Positions 12,797 through 24,423 are shown, numbered from the stretch's first letter. The stretch is 64,000 nucleotides of DNA from an uncultured delta proteobacterium (GCA_963832165.1 CAWHTE010000007.1:416001-480000), one strand, 5' to 3'. Numbers and translations are program-made. The notes: generated from the sequence alone by a model not told the origin.

Positions 12797-13819
12797 ATGA
12801 CCCACCCCGATGGTCTTCGCTCGCCTCCCGCTCGCTGCGCGAAACTTGCGCTCGACCGGATCGGCACCTCGTTCGAGACCCAATACACATGGCGCTACGA
12901 GCCCTCGCAGGCGGGCCTGCGCGAGCTCTACGAGAAGGCCAAGCGCGAGCAGTGGAACGCCACGACGCAGCTCGCCTGGGACACACCCGTCGATCCCGAG
13001 AGCGAGATCATCCCGGCCGCGTTCAACCCGCTCGCCGACTACGGCCCATTCCTGCGCTGCTCGGCGAAGGAACAGGCCCACGTGCGCCACGCGATGCTCG
13101 CGTGGCAGCTGTCGCAATTCTTGCACGGCGAGCAAGGCGCGCTCATGACCGCCTCGCAGCTCGTCTCGTGCGTGCCCTGGATCGACGCCAAGTACTACGC
13201 CGCGACCCAGGCGATGGACGAGGCGCGCCACGTCGAGGTGTTCGCGCGTTACCTGCGCGAGAAGCTCGAGTGGGAGTTCCCGATCAACGAGAACCTGCGC
13301 AAGCTGCTCGACGCGATCCTGACCGACTCACGCTGGGACCTGAAGTACCTCGGTATGCAGATCCTGGTCGAAGGGCTCGCGATGGCCGCGTTCGGAAATC
13401 TGTACCAGATCGCCGACGACGAGCTGCTCGTGGAGCTGATCCACTACGTGATGCGCGACGAGTCGCGCCATGTCGCGTTCGGCGTGCTGTCGCTCGACGG
13501 CTACTACCGCGAGATGTCCGCGAGCGAGCTGCGCGACCGCGAGGACTTCATCATCGAGGCGAGCGTGATGATGCGCGACCGCCTGATCGGCGACGACGTC
13601 GCCGACGTGATGGGCTTCGACCGCGCCGAGGTGCGCGAGCGCATCCTCGCCTCGCCGATCATGTCGGCATTCCGCCAGCAGCTGTTCGCGCGCGTGGTGC
13701 CGAACGTGAAACGGCTGGGTCTGCTCACGCCGCGCGTGCGCCACGCCTACGAGCAGCTCGGCGTGCTCCAGTTCGAGCACGCCGACCCCGAGGCGCAGGA
13801 CCGCGCGCTCGGGTTGTAG
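12797..13819 (+). CDS. Ferritin-like diiron protein (AurF-like)
   Basis: HGEQGA, DEARH, VEGLA and DESRH diiron ligands. Confidence 0.8.
   Translation: MTHPDGLRSPPARCAKLALDRIGTSFETQYTWRYEPSQAGLRELYEKAKREQWNATTQLAWDTPVDPESEIIPAAFNPLADYGPFLRCSAKEQAHVRHAMLAWQLSQFLHGEQGALMTASQLVSCVPWIDAKYYAATQAMDEARHVEVFARYLREKLEWEFPINENLRKLLDAILTDSRWDLKYLGMQILVEGLAMAAFGNLYQIADDELLVELIHYVMRDESRHVAFGVLSLDGYYREMSASELRDREDFIIEASVMMRDRLIGDDVADVMGFDRAEVRERILASPIMSAFRQQLFARVVPNVKRLGLLTPRVRHAYEQLGVLQFEHADPEAQDRALGL
12810..12849 (-). repeat. ~40-bp GNA-hairpin repeat element, inside the N-terminus of the diiron gene
   Basis: Minus strand GCAAGTTTCGCGCAGCGAGCGGGAGGCGAGCGAAGACCAT, near-identical to copies at 22494, 47673 and 52404. 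Confidence 0.85.
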
Positions 13820-13829
13820 CGCCGCTGCT

Positions 13830-14282
13830 CTACTGCGATTTGCCCGACTTCACCGTGAGCACGGGGCACGGCGCCTTCTGCACCACGCGCTCGGCGATGC
13901 TGCCGAGCAGCAGGTGCTTGATGCCCGAGAGGCCATGCGTGCCGATCACGACCAGGTCCACGTCGAGGCGCGCGGCCTCTTCGACGATCACCGTGGCGGC
14001 ATAGCCCTCGCACACGGCGGTATCCACCATGAGACCGCGCGCGAGCAGCGGCTTGGCGTGCTCCGCGAGCTGCTGCTCGGCCTCCGACCGCACGCTGGCC
14101 CAGAAGTCCGGGGGCAGGTAGGCGCCCTCGAGCTGCTGGAACTCCACGGGCAGATGGTAGGCGTGGAGCAGGATCACCTTGCTCGAGTGCTCCTCGGCCA
14201 GGTGCGCAGCCCATTCGAGCAGCGCCGGCGTGTTCTCCGAGAAGTCGAGCGGTACCAGGATGCGCTCGATGTTGATCGGCAT
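13830..14282 (-). CDS. Universal stress protein (UspA family)
   Basis: RILVPLDFS ... DLVVIGTHG...LLGSIAERVVQKAPCPVLTV. Confidence 0.93.
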   Translation of the reverse strand: MPINIERILVPLDFSENTPALLEWAAHLAEEHSSKVILLHAYHLPVEFQQLEGAYLPPDFWASVRSEAEQQLAEHAKPLLARGLMVDTAVCEGYAATVIVEEAARLDVDLVVIGTHGLSGIKHLLLGSIAERVVQKAPCPVLTVKSGKSQ

Positions 14283-14369
14283 TCCTACAGGCTGCCCCTA
14301 CCTGCGCGCGGACACAACCCCGTGGGATCGATGGGGTGCCGGGCCAGAAAGCGCTCCAGGAACGCGCAT

Positions 14370-14398
14370 TTGACGCGCGGACGGCGCGATCCTACCGT
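14370..14398 (+). promoter_or_regulatory. Putative sigma-70 promoter of tRNA-Ala
   Basis: TTGACG-17 nt-TACCGT, 20 nt upstream of the tRNA. Confidence 0.5.
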
Positions 14399-14418
14399 CC
14401 CGATCCCAATCGGTTTTC

Positions 14419-14494
14419 GGGGCCGTAGCTCAACTGGGAGAGCGCTGCGTTCGCAACGCAGAGGTTGGCGGTTCGATCCCGCTCGGCTCCACCA
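14419..14494 (+). tRNA. tRNA-Ala(CGC)
   Basis: Cloverleaf GGGGCCG...CGGCTCC-ACCA with G3:U70; anticodon arm CTGCG-TTCGCAA-CGCAG; TTCGATC T-loop. Confidence 0.97.
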
Positions 14495-14512
14495 CTGATC
14501 CTTGTGCGCCCC

Positions 14513-14926
14513 CTAGCGCGCGCCGAGCGCCCGCGCCGCGCGCGCGTAGTCCTTCTGCTTCACCCAGAGGATCATCCCGTAGCGCCCGTGCCCCGCGGTG
14601 ACGGCATCCGCGGCTGTGACGTTGATCCCGGCCTTCGCGAGCTTCTTCAGCTGCGAGTGACACGCGCCCACCGCATCGCTGCTCTGCACGAGGAACGCCT
14701 TCTTCGCGCCGGACAGCCGCCAGCCCTGCTGCTTCGCGACGCGCTTCACGCCTGCGAGACCGTCGGCGACGAAGTCGAGCTGTGCCTTGCCGCCGCGCGT
14801 CGGAAAGCCCGTGAAAGCGAGCAGGTTCACCTTCGCCTTGCGCAGCGCTTTGAGCGCCGCGACCGCTTCGCCCGGGCGCCCCGCCCTCACCACCGTGTAG
14901 CAGTAGTCGACCTTTCGAACCGGCAT
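14513..14926 (-). CDS. Small tandem ACT-like domain protein
   Basis: AAGGAGG RBS; two repeats of RPG....L..L....VN / VG....L..LAKAGIN. Confidence 0.65.
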   Translation of the reverse strand: MPVRKVDYCYTVVRAGRPGEAVAALKALRKAKVNLLAFTGFPTRGGKAQLDFVADGLAGVKRVAKQQGWRLSGAKKAFLVQSSDAVGACHSQLKKLAKAGINVTAADAVTAGHGRYGMILWVKQKDYARAARALGAR

Positions 14927-14947
14927 AGCATCCCTCCTTGCTGTGAC

Positions 14948-14986
14948 GGCGGGATCCGCTCGCTTCGCTCGCTTCTCCCGCCCTAC
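14948..14986 (-). repeat. GTAG-type REP hairpin
   Basis: Minus strand GTAG-GGCGGGA-GAAGCGAGCGAAGCGAGCGGA-TCCCGCC; TAG is the stop of 14983..15450. Confidence 0.75.
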
Positions 14987-15450
14987 GGCGAAATATATGC
15001 GACGGCTGCCTCGGAAGCGCACCAGCTGCGCTGTGCGGTGACACCGATACGCAACAGCAGCGCCTCGGGACCGAGCACGGGGACGCGCGCGTACTGGGGG
15101 TATTTCCGCCGCAGCGCCGCGAGCGCGGCCGTCTCTTCGGCGCCCGCGTGATCCGGCGGCGCACTTCGGATCTGCGCCTCGCCGTCGACGCGCAGCCACC
15201 AGAGCAGCGTCCAGTCTTCGTCGTAGTGCGAGAAGAGCAGCGACACACGCGGGTCGCGCCGGATGTGGCGGATCCGCGCGAGCTCAGAGCCGCGCTTCGG
15301 CTTGCCGTCGATCGGCGACCAGAGCGCGTCCCCAACGCGCGCGAACACGATCGGCACCGCGTGCGGCTGGCCATCTTCGGAGATCGTCGCGAGCGTCGCG
15401 ACCGGCCACCGCTCGAGGATGCGCGACGTGGTCTCGTCGGGAAGCTCCAT
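14983..15450 (-). CDS. PPOX-class, probably F420-dependent, oxidoreductase (Rv0121-like)
   Basis: LAT...DGQPHAVPIVFA...IDGKPK...DPRVSLL..HYDEDW..LWW.RVDG. Confidence 0.8.
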   Translation of the reverse strand: MELPDETTSRILERWPVATLATISEDGQPHAVPIVFARVGDALWSPIDGKPKRGSELARIRHIRRDPRVSLLFSHYDEDWTLLWWLRVDGEAQIRSAPPDHAGAEETAALAALRRKYPQYARVPVLGPEALLLRIGVTAQRSWCASEAAVAYISP

Positions 15451-15482
15451 GCTGCGCCATCATACGCGCTCGGAGTGTTGCC

Positions 15483-15761
15483 GTGGCCCAACCCGTGATC
15501 GAGATCGTCTACTGCACGCGCTGCCGGTGGCTCCTGCGCGCCGGTTGGATGGCACAGGAACTGCTCTCCACCTTCGAGCAGGAGCTCGGCGGAGTCACGC
15601 TCGTGCCGAACGCGGAGGGCGGCGTGTTCGAGGTACGGCTCGCGGGCCAGACGATCTTCTCCCGCGCGCAGGCGGGCGGGTTCCCCGAGATCAAGCAGCT
15701 CAAACAGCTCGTGCGCGACCGCGTCGCCCCGGGCCGCGACCTTGGGCACGTGGATCGGTAG
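15483..15761 (+). CDS. SelT/SelW/SelH (Rdx) family protein
   Basis: IVYCTRCRWLLRAGWMAQELLSTF...GGVFEV. Confidence 0.9.
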   Translation: MAQPVIEIVYCTRCRWLLRAGWMAQELLSTFEQELGGVTLVPNAEGGVFEVRLAGQTIFSRAQAGGFPEIKQLKQLVRDRVAPGRDLGHVDR

Positions 15762-15790
15762 TCTCTCCGCGGGGGGAGCAGGAGCATCCA

Positions 15791-16549
15791 ATGGACGACT
15801 ACCGCGAGCAGATGGCGGGCGACACGGGCGGGCGCACGGTCGAGCAGGAGCGCGCGCAGCGCAAGATCGAGGTGGCGCTCGGCTACCGGCTGCTCGCCGC
15901 GAACAAGTGGGGCGACGCGGGCGACGGCCACATCAGCGCGCGCGATCCGGAGCGCCGCGACTGCTTCTGGCTCTTGCGCTACGGCCCCTCCTACCACGAA
16001 GCGCGCGTCTCGGACCTCGTGCTCGTGGGCCCCAACGGCGAGCTCGTCGAGGGCAACGGGATCATCAACGTCGCCGCCTACTACATTCATCACCCGATCC
16101 TCATGGCGCGCCCCGATGCGGTGAGCGCTACGCACGTGCATACGGGCTGGGGTACGCCCTTCTCCGCCGAGGTGCGCATGTTCCAGCCGATCACGCAGGA
16201 GTCGTGCGTCTTCTTCGAGGACCACGCGCTGTTCGACGACGAGGAGGTGCAGGTCCAGAGCGTGGATGCGGGCAAGCGGATCGCCGACACGCTCGGCGGG
16301 AACCGCGCGATCATCCTGCGCAACCACGGCCTGCTCACGGTGGGCGAGAGTGTCGCGGACGCGGTCGGCAGCTTCGTGCAGATGGAGCGCGTGGCCGAGG
16401 CGCACCTGAAGGCGCGCGACGCGGTGCCGATCTCCGCGGAGGCGGCGCGCTTCGCGAAGGCCGATCTCGTGCGTTTCGGTGCCGGGCGCGTGTCGTTCGC
16501 GGCGATGGTCGCGCGGCACATCGGCGATCCGTCGGTGGTCATGCGGTGA
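15791..16549 (+). CDS. Class II aldolase/adducin family protein
   Basis: GHISARDP, HVH metal motif, ILRNHGLLT. Confidence 0.88.
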   Translation: MDDYREQMAGDTGGRTVEQERAQRKIEVALGYRLLAANKWGDAGDGHISARDPERRDCFWLLRYGPSYHEARVSDLVLVGPNGELVEGNGIINVAAYYIHHPILMARPDAVSATHVHTGWGTPFSAEVRMFQPITQESCVFFEDHALFDDEEVQVQSVDAGKRIADTLGGNRAIILRNHGLLTVGESVADAVGSFVQMERVAEAHLKARDAVPISAEAARFAKADLVRFGAGRVSFAAMVARHIGDPSVVMR

Positions 16550-16608
16550 CCCTGTAACCGCGATCCCGTGCACGGCATCCACCTGAAGCCACCGCTGCGG
16601 AGAAACAC

Positions 16609-16914
16609 ATGGTCGTCGTCACGTTTCGCAATCGGTTCAATCCCGACATCGACGAGGCGGAGTACGGCCAGCGCGCCGGAAAGCTCTTCGAGATCGTGTC
16701 CGCGATGCCGGGCTTCCGCTCGATCCGCGACTACGCGGCCGAGGACGGCGAGCGACTGTCGGTGATCGAGTTCGATTCGCTCGAATCTCTCGCGACGTGG
16801 CGCGACCATCCGGAGCACCGCGTCGCCCAGGAGCTCGGCAAGCAGCGCTACTACGCCGAGTACCACCTCCAGATCTGCGAGCTCGTGCGCGAGTCGCACA
16901 AGCAGCCGGCCTAG
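16609..16914 (+). CDS. Antibiotic biosynthesis monooxygenase (ABM) family protein
   Basis: MPGF...WRDHPEHRVAQELGK..YY. Confidence 0.85.
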   Translation: MVVVTFRNRFNPDIDEAEYGQRAGKLFEIVSAMPGFRSIRDYAAEDGERLSVIEFDSLESLATWRDHPEHRVAQELGKQRYYAEYHLQICELVRESHKQPA

Positions 16915-16921
16915 CAGCGCG

Positions 16922-18991
16922 TCAGGTCGCGAGCCCCGGGAAGCACGACTTCACGCCGAGATCGTTCCCCTTCTTGATCTCCTGGTACTTCTTCCAGAAG
17001 TCGGCGTCGATGCGGTGGCCGACCTTGCCCTTCCCGAACGAGCGCCGGTAGCGGTCGAGCTGGCGCGGGCCCGCGTTGTAGGCGGCGTAGGTGGCGCGCG
17101 CGAGATCGTCGAAGTTCTTGCGCACCTTGTCCTCGCGCTTCTTGATCGCGTAGTCGAACAGGTAGTGGTGGAGGATTTCGCTGCCCGCCGACGCGTTGTA
17201 CTTGGTGCTGCTGCGCAGCGACTTCACGTCGTAGAAGCCGCGCCACACGTGCGGGTTCACCTGCATGATGCCGAGCGCACCCGCCGACGACGTGAGCGGC
17301 TGCACCGCACCCTTCTTGCGCACGAACTGGCGCCAGCAGCTCTCCTGCCACGCGGTCGTGAGCACGAGGTTGCGGAACAGCTTCGCATAGCTGCCCGGCA
17401 CCACCTTCTTGCGCTGCGTGCGCAGCGCCGTGGCGCCGAGAAGGTCGCCCACCTGCGGCAGGTACACGGCGAGCTCTTCGCGCGTGGGGATCCACTTGTC
17501 GAGGCTCTTCGCGATCGGTCCCGCGACGAGCAGGATCTGGAAGCGCGGTGAGCGATCGAAGAACGACTGCGGCGGCGGTGGCGCGTCGGGCGCGGGCGGC
17601 GGCGACGGCGGCTCGGGAGCGGGAGCTTCGGGAGCGGGAGCTTCGGGAGCGGGTACTTCGGGAGCGGGTACTTCGGGCGGAGCCTCTGGAGCCGGCTCGG
17701 GCGCGGCTTCGGCTTCGGGCGCAGCCTCGGGCGGCGCTTCCGCGGGCTCGACGCTGCGAGTGCTCTCGCCCTCGGGCGCCATCTCGTCTGCGGGCGTCTC
17801 CTCGGGCTCCGGCTCCTCGAGCGGCGGTCCGAACCCGAACAGGTCGCGCAGCTCGGTGTCGATCGCCTCGCTGTACGCGGTCGGGTCCGAGAGCGGTGAG
17901 GGCTCGATCATGCGCGCCATTCGGCGCAGCCCGTCGGTGGTGAGCTCGACGCCGTAGTCGGGCCCGAGCTGCTCGAGCGCGCCGAATGCGTCGGCCGCGG
18001 CGATCAGGCTCAGGTAGTGCAGAGCGCTCTGGCCGGGCAGGTGCGTGAGCTGGCGCAGGATCGGCGCGAGGCGGCTCCAGGTCGAGAGGAACAGCGGCTT
18101 CACGGGATCCGCGCCGCTCGGCTCGGTCGAGACCAGGATCAGGTCGATGTCCTGGCGCGCGTCGAGCAGCAGCGCGCGCAGCTCATCGCGCACCTCGTCG
18201 CCGGCGTCCCTGGAGCTGTGCTTCACGACGAAGGTCAGGAAGGCGTCCCAGCTTTTCCATGCGCTCTCCCAGCGCGCGTGCTCCGCGGGCGTGAGCGCGG
18301 GCTCGGGGGTCTGGGGAGCCGCAGCACTCGGCTTGGTCGGGGGGGGCACGTCGAGCCGCACGCGCAGCGCGATGCCCGGCGTCGAGACCGCCACGCTCAC
18401 GAGCGCGAACGAATCGATCAGCTTCTTCAGGCGCTCGGTGCCGGAGCCCGGGAACAAGACGGGCAGGAAGGTCTTGAGCTCCGTGACCGGCTGATGGAGA
18501 TCGATGCGGATCGTCTCGAGATGCGGGTGCACCTGTGATCGCACCCAATCCCAGAGCGCACCCGAGAAGCGCTTCACCCCGTCGGGGTCGAGCAGCTGGG
18601 ATTCCACGACGCGGAACTCGACGATCGGCAGCTTCGGGTGCAGACGCGCCTCGAGCGCGGCATCGAGGATCCCCGTGCGCCGCGTGGCGTTCAGACACCA
18701 GGTCCCCATCGGTGCGCCGAGCTTCGCTTCGAAGTCCGCCACCACGTGGAGCCTTCCCCCGCGCTCGGCGAGCTTCGGGTGGGAGAGCACGATCTCGTTG
18801 CATTGGCTCGGGTCGCGCCATACGCGCGTTCTCTCGTTGGGCTGGTCGAACAGCGCCTCGACCATGCGCTGACGCACGAACGCGAGGTCGAGCTGGATCG
18901 GGAACTCGACCACGCGCGCGCTCGCGGGCGCCGCCGCGAGCAACGCGAGCGCGACCGCCCGGCAGATCCCGGCGAGCCGTCTCGCGATCAC
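16922..18991 (-). CDS. Exported protein with large N-terminal domain, Pro/Glu/Ala linker and C-terminal lytic transglycosylase (SLT) domain
   Basis: Signal peptide; WQESCW catalytic Glu, GALGIMQV, AAYNAGP; GTG overlaps upstream TGA. Confidence 0.8.
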   Translation of the reverse strand: MIARRLAGICRAVALALLAAAPASARVVEFPIQLDLAFVRQRMVEALFDQPNERTRVWRDPSQCNEIVLSHPKLAERGGRLHVVADFEAKLGAPMGTWCLNATRRTGILDAALEARLHPKLPIVEFRVVESQLLDPDGVKRFSGALWDWVRSQVHPHLETIRIDLHQPVTELKTFLPVLFPGSGTERLKKLIDSFALVSVAVSTPGIALRVRLDVPPPTKPSAAAPQTPEPALTPAEHARWESAWKSWDAFLTFVVKHSSRDAGDEVRDELRALLLDARQDIDLILVSTEPSGADPVKPLFLSTWSRLAPILRQLTHLPGQSALHYLSLIAAADAFGALEQLGPDYGVELTTDGLRRMARMIEPSPLSDPTAYSEAIDTELRDLFGFGPPLEEPEPEETPADEMAPEGESTRSVEPAEAPPEAAPEAEAAPEPAPEAPPEVPAPEVPAPEAPAPEAPAPEPPSPPPAPDAPPPPQSFFDRSPRFQILLVAGPIAKSLDKWIPTREELAVYLPQVGDLLGATALRTQRKKVVPGSYAKLFRNLVLTTAWQESCWRQFVRKKGAVQPLTSSAGALGIMQVNPHVWRGFYDVKSLRSSTKYNASAGSEILHHYLFDYAIKKREDKVRKNFDDLARATYAAYNAGPRQLDRYRRSFGKGKVGHRIDADFWKKYQEIKKGNDLGVKSCFPGLAT
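17613..17677. repeat. 15-bp coding tandem repeat (about 4 copies) encoding a PE(V/A)PA linker
   Basis: TCGGGAGCGGGAGCT x2 then TCGGGAGCGGGTACT x2. Confidence 0.85.
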
Positions 18992-20271
18992 TTCGGCGCA
19001 CCGAAGCGCGCGCGGAAGTCGGGGAGGCGCACGCTGAACGAGTCCTTCGCCACGAAGGCCGCGTCGTCGAGATCGGGCGCTTCGTGCGGCTTGTACCACG
19101 CCGCGTAGGTAGCGAGCTCGTCTGCGAACGCGCGGTAGTGCGCGGAGTAGGTGCGCACGCGCAGCGTCGGGACCTCGGCGGCGGTGTCGAAGGTGAGCAG
19201 GCGCACCCAGCCGTCGCCGATCGGAACGGGTTTGCCGCGCACGAGCGGCACACCCGCATCGAGCGAGGCCTGCCCGCGATCCTGATAGTCCGCGAGCAGC
19301 TGGAGCACCTCGTGTCCGGCCGCATTCTTGTCCGTGCGCGTCGCGACGCCGTGATGGTGTCCGCACAGCACCAGGAAGATCTGATCGTTCGGCTGGATCA
19401 GCTCCTTCCAGAGGTCTTCGGCGCTGTTGTGGGTCGAGTCGGCCGCCGCGAGGTCGACGATCGGGTTGGCGCGCCGCTCGCCCTTCGCGTTCAGGTAGTC
19501 GTGAGTCGTGATGATCGTGGGCTTGCCGGGGTGCTTCGCGATCACCGACTTCGCCCATTTGATCACGGCATCGGTGGGCGACATCTCGAGCGCGATGTGC
19601 AGGAAGTCGTAGCCGCCGGCCGAGAACGTCTGGGCACTGCTCGACCCGCCCGTGTGGCTCGCGATGTACCACGGCTCGCGCGCGTTGCGCTGTGCACCGA
19701 AGATGGAGCGGAAGCCGTCGAGCCCGCCGACGTGGAGCATGCCGAGCGTCTTCGCAGTCATGTCGATCTGGCGCGCGTCGGACACGGGCGGATAGCGCGC
19801 GTCGCTCCACATCGCGTCGTAGTCGTGGTTGCCCGGAGCCACTCCGAACGCGATCTTGGTCTCGGCGATCAGCTTGTAGCCCGAGAATGCCATCGGCATC
19901 TCGACGGAACGGGTCTTGTTCGTCACCTCGAGCTCGTTCGCGAACCAGGGATTCTCGATCGCCTTGAAGCCGCGCTTCGCGTGGAACTCGTCCATGGTCT
20001 TCGTCTGGTGCTGCCAGACGTCGCCGACCGCGGCCACGAACACGACGTCGCCTCCGCGCAACTTCGCACGGCCGGCGATCCAGCGCATCTCGGCCAGGAA
20101 CAGATCGCTCGCATCGAACGGGAACCCGCTCGCGCGCTGGTGCTTGTAGTCGATCATGTTCTGGGTGTCGGGCACCACCGCGATCGAGAACGCGCCGCCC
20201 TGCGCGCTGGCGAGGACCGGGATCGCAAAGGCAAGGACGGCGACGCGGCAGGGCCAGACGAGACGGCGCAC
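18988..20271 (-). CDS. Exported calcineurin-like metallophosphoesterase (start approximate)
   Basis: PDTQ, GDVWQH, GNHD, TTH and CGHHH motifs; signal peptide. Confidence 0.78.
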   Translation of the reverse strand: MRRLVWPCRVAVLAFAIPVLASAQGGAFSIAVVPDTQNMIDYKHQRASGFPFDASDLFLAEMRWIAGRAKLRGGDVVFVAAVGDVWQHQTKTMDEFHAKRGFKAIENPWFANELEVTNKTRSVEMPMAFSGYKLIAETKIAFGVAPGNHDYDAMWSDARYPPVSDARQIDMTAKTLGMLHVGGLDGFRSIFGAQRNAREPWYIASHTGGSSSAQTFSAGGYDFLHIALEMSPTDAVIKWAKSVIAKHPGKPTIITTHDYLNAKGERRANPIVDLAAADSTHNSAEDLWKELIQPNDQIFLVLCGHHHGVATRTDKNAAGHEVLQLLADYQDRGQASLDAGVPLVRGKPVPIGDGWVRLLTFDTAAEVPTLRVRTYSAHYRAFADELATYAAWYKPHEAPDLDDAAFVAKDSFSVRLPDFRARFGAPK

Positions 20272-20308
20272 GGGCTCAGGATATCGTTGATAGAATGGCC
20301 AGGCCCCC

Positions 20309-21589
20309 ATGCCCAACCACCCCACCCGCGACGACATCCACCTGCTCGGCCGGTCGTTCTACCTCGATCCGCACGAGCGGTTCGGCTGGATGCGCGATCA
20401 CGCGCCCGCCTACTTCGAGCCCGCGGTCGACGAGCTGGGCGGCATCTGGGGCCTCACGCGCCACGCCGACATCATGAACGCGTCGAAGACCCCGGAGCTT
20501 TTCAGCTCGGGGAAGAGCTCGCGGCCTGAGCCCGGGTCGTGGATCCCCTCGATGATCAACCTCGACGATCCGCTCCACAAACGGCGCCGCAATCTCGTGA
20601 ACCGCGGCTTCACGGTGCGGCGCGTCGCGGATCACGAGGCGAGGCTGCACGCGCTCTGCGACGAGCTGATCGACGCGGTCTCGCCGCGCGGCGAGTGCGA
20701 CTTCGTGGCCGACATCGCGCGCTGGGTGCCGATGGTGGTGATCGGCGACATGCTGGGCGTGGCGCCCGAAGACCGCGGGATGCTCCTGCGCTGGTCCGAC
20801 GAGATGCTCGGCGGCGGCGAGGTGGCTGCGATCGAGGATCCGCAGGAGCGCCGCGCGCGCAGCGTCGCGATCGTCGACGAGTACATGCGCTACGCGCAGG
20901 GCGTGCTCGCCGACCGCCGAGGTCGGGCCCCCACCGACGATCTCATGAGCATCCTCGTCCACTCCGATCTCGACGGCGATCGGCTCAGCGAGGAGGAGAT
21001 CCTCCAGGAGAGCCTGCTGATCCTGATCGGCGGCGACGAGACCACGCGCCACGTGATGACGGGCGGCCTGCGCGCGCTGCTCGAGCATCCGGAACAGAAG
21101 CGGAAGCTGATCCAGAACCCCGCGCTGCTGCCGACCGCGGTCGAGGAGATGCTGCGCTGGGTCTCGCCGATCCAGAACATGAACCGCACGCTCACGCGCG
21201 ACGTGGAGCTGCACGGCGAGAAGCTGCGCGAGGGGGAGCGCGTGCTGCTGCTCTATCCGGCCGGCAACCGCGACGAGCGCGCGTTCCCGGAGCCCGACCG
21301 CTTCGACGTCGAGCGCACCCCGAACGACCACGTCGCGTTCGGCGGCTTCGGCACCCACTTCTGCCTTGGCGCGAGCCTCGCGCGGCTCGAGCTGCGCGTG
21401 CTGTTCGAGCACGTGCTGCGGCGCCTGCCCGACATCGAGCTCGCGAGCGAAGATCTGCCGCTGCGCCCGAGCAACTTCATCGTCGGCATCGAGGAGATGC
21501 CGGTGCGCTTCACGCCGCAAGCGCCGCGAAGCGGCGCGCGCAGCGAGGCGAAGCCGAGCGAAGCGCGGGCGCCCGCGAAGGGAGGTTAG
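20309..21589 (+). CDS. Cytochrome P450 (CYP125/142-like)
   Basis: GGDETT I-helix, EEMLR, FGGFGTHFCLG heme motif. Confidence 0.93.
   Translation: MPNHPTRDDIHLLGRSFYLDPHERFGWMRDHAPAYFEPAVDELGGIWGLTRHADIMNASKTPELFSSGKSSRPEPGSWIPSMINLDDPLHKRRRNLVNRGFTVRRVADHEARLHALCDELIDAVSPRGECDFVADIARWVPMVVIGDMLGVAPEDRGMLLRWSDEMLGGGEVAAIEDPQERRARSVAIVDEYMRYAQGVLADRRGRAPTDDLMSILVHSDLDGDRLSEEEILQESLLILIGGDETTRHVMTGGLRALLEHPEQKRKLIQNPALLPTAVEEMLRWVSPIQNMNRTLTRDVELHGEKLREGERVLLLYPAGNRDERAFPEPDRFDVERTPNDHVAFGGFGTHFCLGASLARLELRVLFEHVLRRLPDIELASEDLPLRPSNFIVGIEEMPVRFTPQAPRSGARSEAKPSEARAPAKGG
21517..21565 (+). repeat. GNA-hairpin repeat element forming the P450 C-terminal tail (QAPRSGARSEAKPSEA)
   Basis: GCAAG-CGCCGC GAA GCGGCG-CGCGCAGCGAG-GC GAA GC-CGAGCGAAG. 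Confidence 0.75.
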
Positions 21590-21591
21590 CG

Positions 21592-22473
21592 ATGCCGCTC
21601 CGCCATTTCGGACCGCGACAATGGGTGCGCGACGAGCGCGAGCGGCTCGCCGCGCTGCGCTTCGAGCGGATCGGCGTCGCGCCGCTCGGCGCCACGGTCG
21701 GCGCCGAGATCAGCGGGGTCGACCTCGGCCATCTCGATGAATCAACCTTCGCCGAGATCGAGCGCGCGTTCTACGCCTTCAAGGTGATCTTCTTCCGCGA
21801 CCAGGACATCACGACCGAGGACCACCTCGCGTTCGCGAAGCGCTTCGGCGAGCTCGAGGAGCACCCGTTCATCCCCGCGAAGAAGGGCTACGAGCAGATC
21901 GTCCGGTTCTCGAAGAACGAGCGCGTAATCGGCGTCGAGAACATCTGGCACCACGACGTCACCTGGCGGTTGCGCCCGTCGCTCGGCTCGGTGCTGCGCG
22001 CGGTCGACGTGCCCGCACTTGGCGGCGACACGCTGTTCGCGGACATGTGCGCGGCGTATGAGGGCCTCGCTCCCGACGTCCAGCAGAAGGTCGACGGCGC
22101 GGTCGCCGTGCACGACTTCTCGAACACGTTCGGCCTCATGATGACGCCCGAGAAGCTGGCCGAGCAGCGCGAGAAGTTCCCGCCCGCGCGCCATCCCGTG
22201 GTGCGGACCCACCCGCAGACCGGCCGCAAATGCCTCTACGTGAACGTCGCATTCACGAGCCACATCGAGGGCATGGCGACCGACGAGAGCCGCGCGCTGC
22301 TCGAACACCTCTACCGCCAGGCCGACGTGCCCGAGTACCAGTGCCGCTTCCGCTGGCAGAAGAACAGCCTCGCGTTCTGGGACAACTGCGCGGTCCAACA
22401 CTACGCCGCGTCGGACTACGATCCGCAAGTGCGCGTGATGGAGCGCGTGACCATCATCGGGCAGCCCGTTTGA
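21592..22473 (+). CDS. TauD/TfdA family Fe(II)/2-oxoglutarate dioxygenase
   Basis: [28 protein letters not shown]. Confidence 0.92.
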   Translation: MPLRHFGPRQWVRDERERLAALRFERIGVAPLGATVGAEISGVDLGHLDESTFAEIERAFYAFKVIFFRDQDITTEDHLAFAKRFGELEEHPFIPAKKGYEQIVRFSKNERVIGVENIWHHDVTWRLRPSLGSVLRAVDVPALGGDTLFADMCAAYEGLAPDVQQKVDGAVAVHDFSNTFGLMMTPEKLAEQREKFPPARHPVVRTHPQTGRKCLYVNVAFTSHIEGMATDESRALLEHLYRQADVPEYQCRFRWQKNSLAFWDNCAVQHYAASDYDPQVRVMERVTIIGQPV

Positions 22474-22563
22474 CTTCGCTCGGGCCCGCCTGCTGGTCTT
22501 CGCTCGCCTTCGGCTCGCTGCGCGAAACTTGCAGCTCGCTGCGCGCGCCCTTTGGGCGCTTGC
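22472..22563 (-). repeat. Nested (element-in-element) GNA-hairpin repeat
   Basis: Minus strand GCAAG-CGCCC AAA GGGCG-CGCGCAGCGAGC-[TGCAAGTTTCGCGCAGCGAGCCGAAGGCGAGCGAAGACCA..]-CGAGCGAAG. Confidence 0.8.
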
Positions 22564-22576
22564 TGCCGCGCGCGTG

Positions 22577-24370
<1,794 letters not shown>

Positions 24371-24423
24371 CCCTCGGGCTCTCCTAGGGTTCTGCCCGCC
24401 GTAACGGCGGGGGCGATCGCGCG

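Noticed and set aside
14419..14520. tRNA-Ala as an island integration site
   Set aside because: No integrase and no duplicated tRNA 3' end seen in the window.
15483..15761. Selenoprotein
   Set aside because: The motif is CxxC with Cys codons and there is no in-frame TGA.
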